Below are positions 54,569-64,000 of a DNA stretch of 64,000 nt, piece after piece (positions within the stretch are counted from its first letter, which is position 1; each line of letters opens with the position of its first letter). The notes under the pieces were generated by a model, which saw only the letters and a program-made list of their open reading frames with translations, was not told the origin of the DNA and did not search any database. Position numbers and translations under genes: made by a program. The stretch comes from Octopus sinensis (taxonomy: Eukaryota): positions 104,160,001 to 104,224,000 of the forward strand of contig NC_043002.1 of NCBI RefSeq assembly GCF_006345805.1, given 5' to 3'.

Positions 54569-54809
54569 GGCAGCTTTATTATGTATGGGATTTAAAAAAT
54601 CAGGTTTGTTACTAAATCTGTAGTTTACAGCTACATAATTATTTCCGTAACGCAAAGTACATTACGTGGTCCCAGTGCAAGAAAAATAACTTTATTTCTT
54701 TGCAGTTAATAGTACTACTATTAACATTAGTATTATCATTACTCTAATTATTATCATTAACACTTGCTTATCATTATTTTCAAAATTACGAGCATTATTT
54801 CTCTGATCA

Positions 54810-54832
54810 ATATAATAATAATAATAATAATA

Positions 54833-54875
<43 letters not shown>

Positions 54876-54907
54876 TATTATTATTATTATTATCATTATT
54901 ATTATTA

Positions 54908-54938
<31 letters not shown>

Positions 54939-54970
54939 TATTATTATTATTATTACTACTACTACTACTA
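54810..54970. repeat. Abutting (TAA)n/(TTA)n tracts forming a palindrome
   Basis: Switch from taa to tta at ~54875. Confidence 0.9.
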
Positions 54971-56049
54971 ATGCTACTATTATTATTAGTAGTATTGTTG
55001 CGTTGTTATTATTATTATTATTTTTATTGTCATTATTATTAAGAATATCAATAATAATAATGACTTTAATTATAATAACAATTCTTATTCTCTTCCATAT
55101 TGTTATATTTTCTTTATATTAAAAAAGACGATTCTGCATTCCTTGTATATGTTTATTTATTTTTTTATATGTTATTTATTTATTTATTTTAAAATAATTT
55201 AACGCTCAACTGTAGCACATGTCAATGATTATCGGGTACATGCCGTGTTGAATTTTCTCACTACACTTCTTATAATCAACTTTCACAGGGATACCGAACA
55301 AGAATCTATGATGTGAATAGTAATGATATTTTTTTGTTCTGGTTGCAGGTCTAAGTGTTTGACACCTGTATTATCCTGAGGGAAGCTTTAGTTTTCTTCC
55401 TATGCATTTATTCGCTATCTTTAATGATATTGTGTTGATAGGAATGCTGATTTTTGTTTTTGGTATTCACAACAATATATCTCACGCTATGCTCTTAAAA
55501 TATTTACTTCGTCTCTACTTTTCAAATGTTACCCTTACGTAAAGGGATATCGTATAGATATTATAGGTTAAATTGACATGAAAATAGTTGGTTAATTCGT
55601 TGACACGTCTTACATATGCCAAATTTTACGTCAGAGTCATCATGATAAATTGGAGAATTATGCAAATGGATATTTGAAGTATGGAAAGAATCTAGAAAAC
55701 GAAACAGCACATACCTTTTTTTCCATGTGTCCAGATGGTACACATAACACAAGTCACAATCCGAGGCTACAGTGTCAGAGGTTTGCTTAAATTGTGACGT
55801 GATAAGATAAACCTCAATATGAAATGAATGCAAAAAACCTTCTAAAAAATTCCGCTGCGCTGTGTGTAGAGATTAAATCTAATCGTTGCTTAATTGTTCG
55901 TATTTGAGCAACTTAATTCCATGTGATCCATGTTAGCCATAACTTGCCAATGTTTGACATTCAGAAAATCCATTCTTTGACAAGTTTAGAAATGTGACTA
56001 CTTCCACCAACAACTAGTCTCACAGCTACAGCAAATGTTATCTCTCTCT

Positions 56050-56114
<65 letters not shown>

Positions 56115-56230
56115 CAGCAAATTAAGGAACGGCCATAATAGGCCGTTCGACCCACTAGAAATAACAGCCAAGGCTTCAACCGCAAAATAGTAGTAATTCC
56201 GTAAATCAGGAGAAAATTAAGAAACATTTA

Positions 56231-56350
56231 CCCTGTTTCACTTTATACAATGCATTGTTTCATCGTTTTTTAATGGTAAATCAGCCTGATTAAATTAAAT
56301 TAAGCTAATCTTCCATAGGCCAACAGATTCATCAGTAAAGTAAGCCAGGA
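56231..56350 (-). ncRNA. Type I hammerhead ribozyme, copy 1
   Basis: uuacuuua-CUGAUGA-AUC..long stem II..GAU-GAAACAA ugca UUGUA-uaaaguga; cut between 56246 and 56245. Confidence 0.88.
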
Positions 56351-56711
56351 GGGAGAGATATTTACACGAGGCAGCACCACTACCGCTTCAGCAATATCTA
56401 ACCTAAAATTTTTAAAATCATCGTACTCGCGCCAATTTATCGGCAGTAAATATAAGCTGCCGATTCCATTTCGGAATTAAACAGAAAATTCATAATTAAT
56501 CAATATTGGGTAGCAAAAAATTCAGAAGAAATTATTTTGCTACCAGCGGTCTAGTGAGAAAAAAGGAAATAGTCAGAGACTATTTATAAATTCAACAGCA
56601 AATTAAGGAACGGCCATAATAGGCCGTTCAACCCACTAGAAATAACAGCCAAGACTTCACCCGCAAAATAGTAGTAATTCCGTAAATGAGGAGAAAATTA
56701 AAAAACATTTA

Positions 56712-56831
56712 CCCTGTTTCACTTTATACAATGCATTGTTTCATCGTTTTTTAATGGTAAATCAACCTGATTAAATTAAATCAAGCTAATCTTCCGTAGG
56801 CCAACAGATTCATCAGTAAAGTAAGCCAGGA
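56712..56831 (-). ncRNA. Type I hammerhead ribozyme, copy 2
   Basis: Same core; cut between 56727 and 56726. Confidence 0.88.
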
Positions 56832-57193
56832 GGGAGAGATATTTACACGAGGCAGCACCACTACCGCTTCGGCAATATGTAACCTAAAATTTTTTAAATC
56901 ATCGTACTCGCGCCAATTTATCGGCAGCAAATATAAGCTGCCGATTCCAATTCGGAATTAAACAGAAAATTCATAATTAATCAATATAGGGTAGCAAAAA
57001 AATTCCGCAGAAATTATTTTGCTACCAGCGGTCTAGTGAGAAGAAAGGAAATAGTCAGAGACTATTTATAAATTCAACAGCAAATTAAGGAACGGCCATA
57101 ATAGGCCGTTCAACCCACTAGAAATAACAGCCAAGGCTTCAACCGCAAAATAGTAGTAATTCCGTAAATGAGGAGAAAATTAAAAAACATTTA

Positions 57194-57313
57194 CTCTGCT
57201 TCACTTTATACAATGCATTGTTTCATCGTTTTTTAATGGTAAATCAGCCTGATTAAATTAAATCAAGCTAATCTTCCATAGGCCAACAGATTCATCAGTA
57301 AAGTAAGCCAGGA
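57194..57313 (-). ncRNA. Type I hammerhead ribozyme, copy 3
   Basis: Same core; cut between 57209 and 57208. Confidence 0.88.
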
Positions 57314-57939
57314 GGGAGAGATATTTACACGAGGCAGCACCACTACCGCTTCGGCAATATCTAACCTAAAATTTTCAAAATCATCGTACTCCTTAATTTG
57401 CTGTTGAATTTATAAATAATCTCTGACTATTTCCTTTTTTCTCACTAGACCGCTGGTAGCAAAATAATTTCTGCTGAATTTTTGCTATCCTATATTGATT
57501 AATTATATATATATATATATGTATATATAAACGTACGTGTGTACATAATGCATACATAGTAATATACATACATACACACAGTCAGATGTAAATATGGACG
57601 AGCAATTCGAATGAGTGCCCAACAATGAATTGATGGATAAAAATGTTTATCAGGAATCATACTTAAATTAAGTAGAAAATGGAGAAATCTTGATCAACAA
57701 CAATTCACCACCATCGATTATTTTTTAATACATAACACTATCCTATCTAACAGCCGTTTTTGCTTCCAATGTCCTACAGTGTTGCCAAAGAAATTTCCGC
57801 GAATAATATTTGTCATATTTTGTAACACATCCGATCTGAAACATGGAGCGTCAACAGAGTGAAGAAAAATACATAAAAGGAAAGAAAAGGAAAGTTGTTG
57901 TTTTAAACATTCCTCGAAAATCATATTCAAAAGTGCTTT

Positions 57940-58051
57940 GGGACGAATTGGCCAGCAACTAATTGTCCTGGGGATGAATTGATTAACGACAAATTGAACG
58001 GGGACAAATTGACCGGGGACAAATTAACCGACGAGGAATTGTCCTAGCACC
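57940..58051. repeat. ~7 copies of a 15-bp unit (consensus ggggacaaattgacc)
   Basis: aattg recurs at ~15-bp spacing; array ends in cacc. Confidence 0.75.
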
Positions 58052-59124
58052 CTTCTAAAAATGAAGACTGGTTTCGATTTGCCCGACTAAGACCTACAAT
58101 GTAGGGGCCCCGACACGACCGTTGTCCACTGACTGAAATAATTAAAAGTGGAAAGAGAAAAAGAGAGTTGAATGTTAACAGAGTAGCGGAAATTAGAGAA
58201 ACAATAGACCAGGAAGTATTCGATATAATAACGTAATGGCGAAAGATTGTTTATGAGATGGTTGTATGAAGGTGAATAAGAATTTGATAATTATCTGGTT
58301 TGTAAACAACAGACTGAATGGAGACACAGATTAGGAGGATAAAGTAAGCAGTTGATGTATTAAAGTGATTGTAGGATAACTGGAAGAAAGAGACGGCAAA
58401 TATCAATAATATATAAGCAGAACACAACAAAGCAGAATAAAATGGTATTGAAAGACATATGTATATAAATATATATATATCGAGAGTACAGAGAAAACGA
58501 CTGATGTTAAATAAATAATGAGACAAGTTCCATGAGGTTTAATAAGGAAAGTCAAGCTGCTTTTCGTTATAGCAGAAAAAGCGGAGTCAGCAATCAGTCT
58601 CCAGCGAAATGCGTTTTAGCAACACTTAAATACAAACGATTTTTAAAAATACAAACGAGTTCAGTTTATAGCAGAAATGTAAATATTCAGGGATTAATTA
58701 TGGGAGACGAAAAATCGCGTAAACAATCTTAGATTTTCAAAAAATTTTGCAACAATACAATTCCGATTCATTCAATATGTCGCTAAAACAAATTTACGAA
58801 GAATAAATTTGTTTTGGTGTTGGCAATTCAAAAATATCTCATCCATAGAAATCAGCATTCAGTGCATTTGTCCCTATAACAAATACTCCAGACTAAATCC
58901 TTCGGAGTGGTGCTCCAGCTTGACCGCATTACTGTCTCTGAAAACATTAAACCATAATAGATAAGAAAGGACAGATGAATCTACTGCTGTATCTTTTGCT
59001 CGGAAGTTTAATATATTTCAGTTTTTCTTTTATTTCCTAAGGAAGGCTACGTTAAACAACTGCGAAGATTTTTGTAAGTCACTGAAGTTTTATATATATC
59101 GTGTAAGTTTATATTTTTTTTCTT

Positions 59125-59301
59125 TTAATTATTTCAGTCATTTGACTGTGGCCAAGCTGCAGCACCGCCTTTAGTCGAGCAAATCGACCCCAGGACTTAC
59201 TCTTTGGAAGCCTACTACTTATTCTATCGGTCTCTTTTGCCGAACCGCTAAGTTACGGGGACGTAAACACACCAGCATCAGTTGTCAAGCGATTTGGGGA
59301 T

Positions 59302-59364
<63 letters not shown>

Positions 59365-59530
59365 CATATATCGGCGGGCTTCTTTGAGTTTCCATCTACC
59401 AAATCAACTCACAAGGCTTTGGTCGGCCCGAGGCTATAGTAGAAGACACTTGCCCAAGGTGCCTCGTAGAGGGACTGAACCCGGAACCATGTGGTTGGTA
59501 AGCAAGCTACTTACCACACAGCCACTCCTA
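59125..59530 (-). mobile_element. Full-length SINE family A
   Basis: Reverse complement of 31835-32308; 16-bp direct repeat atatatatcgtgtaag at 59092-59107 and 59553-59568. Confidence 0.9.
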
Positions 59531-59964
59531 TATTTTTTATATAAATATATGAATATATATCGTGTAAGAGCGTGGTCCTCTTGCTTATCTTGCATGTTGT
59601 GTAAATGCTTCGTTAGTATCTGTAAAAAAGATATCTTGGGGAAAACCACTTCTAATAGAAACTGCCTTCTTTTTAAAAATCTTTTCCACTGATTATTTCC
59701 CAGTTGAATCTTCTGCCTCCATCCTGCTTCCTCTTCTTCATCCAATTCTTTCAAAGACCATTTCTGTTCGTGTCTTCTTTTTACTGTTCTACTAAATAAA
59801 CCTGTCCAATGCAAGCGAACATTATTATCATTACTGATGATGTTGATGATGAGAAAGAGGAGAAGGGGAGGAGGATGGAGAGAATGATTCTGATGATTTG
59901 AATATTGATGCTGCTTGTATAGGTGTAGGAGTCTTTCGTATTCATGTCGATGAGTGATGTTCAT

Positions 59965-59969
59965 GATGT

Positions 59970-60000
<31 letters not shown>

Positions 60001-60083
60001 AATGATGATGATGATAATAATGATGATGATGATGATGATGATAATGATGATGATGATGATTATAATGATGATGATGATGATGA

Positions 60084-60123
<40 letters not shown>
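59965..60123. repeat. (GAT)n tract
   Basis: Direct reading. Confidence 0.95.
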
Positions 60124-60125
<2 letters not shown>

Positions 60126-61074
60126 TTTTGTTATGATTAATTTTATGTTTTATAAGTCATCGATTTCTCTTGCAATCGCTGTCAGTAATTAGAAGAAAAT
60201 GTTTATAAACAGTTTTCTCATGATAGAATCATGGGTTGTTGAGTGGAAAAAAATAACAGATTAGATGCTTTGTTTACGTAACATTGTACTATTTTCCTAC
60301 AACCATGAGTGGCTCTATGTGTGCGTGTGTGTGTGTACTGTCACGTGTATGAGAATTATTCTCTCGTTTATTAAGTAACAATTCAACATTAGTAGTTGAT
60401 TTCACACAGTGTAAAATACTGTAAAATCAATTTCCACGTCACTAAATTTGTTTTGTATCATTCTTCTTGTTATGTTGTTGTTGTTATGTTCAACCTAAAG
60501 GTGAAATTTAATCAGAAGAGTTCCAGCACGACCAACTCATCGTTTTGTATACCTGAAACTACTTCCTGCGATGTGCCAAAGCTTCCCCAAAAAAGACAGT
60601 TGCAATGGTAATTATTGGTTTCAGATTTTGGCACAAGGCCAGCAATTCTAGGAGAAAGGGCAAAGTCGATCACATCGACCAGTGCAATACCACTGTTTAT
60701 ATTAGCGATCTCGAAAGGATGAAGGGCAAAGTCGACTTGAAATTAGGACGTAAATGGAGACAAAATGCCACCATTCTGCTCGATGTGCCACCGATTCAGC
60801 CGGATCGACCCCTAACAATGGCAACTCTTACGAGTGAATGTTGTTCTCCTGTAATTGAATACGATTCTCACAACTTACCAATCAGTCTTCTCTTGTTTCG
60901 TTACGCATCGTGATTTGTCAATAGCCCCCAATGGCAGAAGGATATTGGTAGACAAGGCGGTGTGCACTTACCTCAAAAACGTGAAACGATCTTAAAGATG
61001 GCGTGGATAGGCAACCGCAATGTATAAGACGCGTTTCCTCTTTCATGGACTCCGGGTTGCTCTTCTCTTGACTT

Positions 61075-61345
61075 ACTCAAACCCTAAAGAATCCTTAACG
61101 ACACATGGCTATGATGCTTCCCCACTACTTCTACATGTGATCAGAGATGCACATATCATCAGTTACTAAGAGAGATGCTCAACTGGTCAAGGTCAAACAA
61201 ATGACAAGCAAATCTGTGGTATTGAGCAGAATATTTGTTGTAGCTCATCTTTTATACCAAGACAAAACAATGTGCATGATAAAACTTCCAATCAGTTTAG
61301 TTCAGAAGCCAAGAGAGCCATTGCTTGGTATTGCATCAGGGTATG
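61075..61345 (-). mobile_element. Partial copy of the ~555-bp (TAA)n-associated element
   Basis: Aligns with 61875-62145. Confidence 0.85.
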
Positions 61346-61410
61346 TTATTATTTATATTATTTACATTATTTACATTTGACGGATATTTGTCCGCATCTT
61401 GTTTGTTGTT

Positions 61411-61456
61411 AACACAACGTTCCAGCTGATATACCCTCCAGCCTTCATCAGGTGTC
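61411..61456 (-). ncRNA. Minimal hammerhead-like motif within a ~155-bp unit (61350-61507)
   Basis: gacac-CUGAUGA-a-GGCUG gagggtatat CAGCU-GGAACGUU-guguu; 5-bp stem I; A13 replaced by G. Confidence 0.6.
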
Positions 61457-61524
61457 TTGGGGAAATTTCGAACCTGGGTTCTCATTCCGATTGGTATTTT
61501 TCGATATTATTATTATTGTTGTTG

Positions 61525-61589
<65 letters not shown>

Positions 61590-62145
61590 GAGTGAGAGAG
61601 CAGTTCATGCCATCAAAGTGACATTGGGGTAAAATATACGAAGCCCAATATACCCATCATGACTACCCGTCTGATAAGGGTACACCAGGCACATGCATCA
61701 CAATCATATGTGCGCGACATGGTGATCTCATATCAAGATAAACAGCACATGACCTTGCAGGTGGGGCCCAGTTAGAATTTTCTTCAGGTTGAGTAGCCCA
61801 TCCCGCTCAAAGGGTCCCTGAATAAGGGTTGTTTAAGGATGTTGAAAGAACCACCCATGTTTCCAAAGGTGAATTATTCAAACCCCAAAGAATCCCTCTC
61901 AACACATGGCTATGATGCTCCCCCACTACTTCTGCTCGTGATCAGAGATGCACATATCGTCAGCCACTAAGGGACATGCTCAACTGGTTAAGGTCAAACA
62001 ACTGACAAGCAAATCTGTGGTATTGAGCAGAATATTTGCTGTAGCCCATCTTTTATACCAAGACAAATCAATGTACATGATAACACCTCCAATCAGTTAA
62101 GATCAGAAGCCATGAGAGCCACTGCCTGGTACTGCATCAGGGCAT
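61590..62145 (-). mobile_element. ~555-bp non-coding element flanked on both sides by (TAA)n
   Basis: Three copies within 3 kb; both ends abut TTA repeats. Confidence 0.85.
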
Positions 62146-62166
62146 TTATTATTATTATTATTATTA

Positions 62167-62223
<57 letters not shown>

Positions 62224-62889
62224 GCTACAATTATTATTGTAAAACATAGTCTAATCTCCTGGAGTCTTTCTGTATATACACAGTAGCTGAATCTAACATC
62301 TGAGCTTCTGTTATACTACGAAATGTATGAACGTGTTTGCGCAGTCTAGTTCCGAATGTTTCTCTTTTGGGATGAATACTTTTAAATATTTTCGGGGCAA
62401 TCTTCTTATGAATACATTCGGCTGAGGACTGACAAATTATATTCTAACATTGTGTATGTAATTCTATATTACTAAATGTTTTCAGTTTTTACGACATTAG
62501 CGCCTTCATTGAAGGATGTTGGTTTTCTCCTTTTCAATTTTGTAAAATATCTCTGAATGTCCCACGACACCCAGAAAATGAAATGGTTTTATAAAATCTT
62601 GACAAAACACTGAAACCGAAGATTTTGATTAATGTTACAGTATTTTAGTAGGTTGGTGTACTTCAATAATATTTGGGAGAAGTTCAGCCAATGTTTACCA
62701 AGTTTAATACAAAAATAATCGAAAATTTAACTAGAGATAATTATACAGTGAGGGCAAAAAAATCAATATTATTTGTCTGTTAGTGATTATTTTTAACTTG
62801 TATTATTTCATCACGTAGACTTCTACAAGTACACGTTTGGACTGCAGAGAGGCTCCAGTAGATAAGACTATGTTTTTGTAATAATAATA

Positions 62890-63370
62890 AGGCAAAAATC
62901 CCCTGGGACTTTGACTTCCAGTCTGGCAAGGTGTTAGAGCACAAAAGGCCGGATATAGTAACCTTTAGGAGAGACAAACATGGGTGCTAAATAATTGACC
63001 TGGAAGTGCCAGGAGATCAACGAATCATCAAGAAAGAAAGAAAGGGAAAAGGTCGATGAATATGGAGACACGAGAATTGAGATAGCTAAGAGGTGGCAGC
63101 TACGAGAGTCATACGTAAAGGTCATCCCTAGTCTCATTGGAACATTGGGTTCAATACCATCCAAACAGAAATTTCATCTGAAAAACTTTGTAAATGCTCT
63201 TCAATCTAGATGTATTACAACAGTCGGTATTTAATTGTAACAGAACGCATATTGAGTAAAGTACAGTCTGACTGAGCTCCTTCTTGTGACTTGACAAACT
63301 GTACAAACACCCGGTAAACACAATATCTTCAATCAACAACCTCACGATAATCTATACTGTGCGACGTCTA
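62890..63370 (+). mobile_element. R4/Dong-clade LINE 3' fragment (restriction-like endonuclease domain) in (TAA)n
   Basis: KIPWDFDFQSGKVLEHKRPDIV...IIDLEVPGD...EKVDEYGDTRIEIAKRW...VIPSLIGTLGSIP; taataataa on both sides. Confidence 0.9.
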
Positions 63371-63419
63371 TAATAATAATAATAATAATAAAATAACAAT
63401 AATAATAATAATAAAACGA

Positions 63420-63968
63420 CTTGATGCAGTACCAGGTAGTGGCTCTCGTGGCTTCTAGTCTTAACTGATTGCAAATGTTATCATGCTTTGTCTTGGTATA
63501 AAGGATGGGCTACAGCAAATACTATTCTGCTCAATACCACAGCTTTGCTTGTCAGGTGTTTGACCTTAACCAGTTGACCATGCCCCTTAGTTGCTGGCGA
63601 TATGTGCATCTCTGATCATGAGCCTCAGTAGTGCGAGAGCATCATAGCCGTGTGTTGAGAGGAATTCTTTGGGGTTTGAGTAATTTACCACGGGAAATAT
63701 TGCTGTTTTATTCACCAGCCTGAAAACAAAATTTATTTAGGGACTTCTTAAGCGGGATGGACTAATCGACCTGAAGAAAATTCTAACTGGGCTCCACCTG
63801 CAGTTTCATGCGCTGTTCAACTTGATATAAGATCACCATGTCGCGTACATATGGTTATGTCGGTGACTATTGTACACTTATCAGACGGGTGGTCATGGCG
63901 AATATATTGGACTTCATATATTGGTACCCCAGTGTCACATTCATTGCATGCACTGCGCTCTCACGCAA
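63420..63968 (+). mobile_element. Older copy of the ~555-bp (TAA)n element
   Basis: Reverse complement of 61590-62145 with more substitutions; ends in caataataataat. Confidence 0.85.
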
Positions 63969-64000
63969 TAATAATAATGACAATAATAACAAAAATAATC

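Larger units (their letters stand above)
56115..57506 (-). mobile_element. Retrozyme-like tandem array: 481/482-bp units x2.65 plus an inverted 116-bp segment, flanked by (TA)n
   Basis: Unit starts (+ coordinates) at 56115, 56596, 57078; 57391-57506 is the reverse complement of the unit end/junction; one HHR per unit. Confidence 0.9.

Noticed and set aside
56115-57506. Plain satellite, CRISPR-like array or assembly duplication
   Set aside because: Units differ by scattered substitutions, have no unique spacers, and each contains a ribozyme core
62746-62770. Tc1-like TIR (TA-cagtgagggcaaaaaa)
   Set aside because: Short, with no matching opposite end or transposase sequence

Overview
AT-rich eukaryotic DNA saturated with microsatellites ((TA)n, (CA)n, (GATA)n, (TAA)n, (GGT)n) and retroposons. 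The repeat landscape suggests an invertebrate, probably an octopod cephalopod (inference). I found no intact protein-coding gene, and almost every ORF in the supplied track is a translation of a simple repeat. Recognisable content: at least four tRNA-derived SINE families (my labels A-D); a 5'-truncated CR1-like LINE whose 3' tail is shared with SINE family A; RTE, R4/Dong and Ty3/Gypsy remnants. Two signals stand out. (1) A ~481-bp tandem repeat at 56.1-57.5 kb carries a complete type I hammerhead ribozyme (HHR) in each unit on the minus strand plus a terminal inversion, i.e. a retrozyme-like locus. About nine other intact or degenerate HHR motifs lie in short, mostly (TA)n-embedded and often fold-back elements resembling Penelope-like element (PLE) termini. 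(2) Decayed, intronless Cys-loop ligand-binding-domain sequences without transmembrane segments (AChBP-like) lie at 9.2-10.4 kb (-) and, less certainly, as tandem repeats at 47.3-49.25 kb (+). All calls were made by eye; repeat boundaries are approximate.
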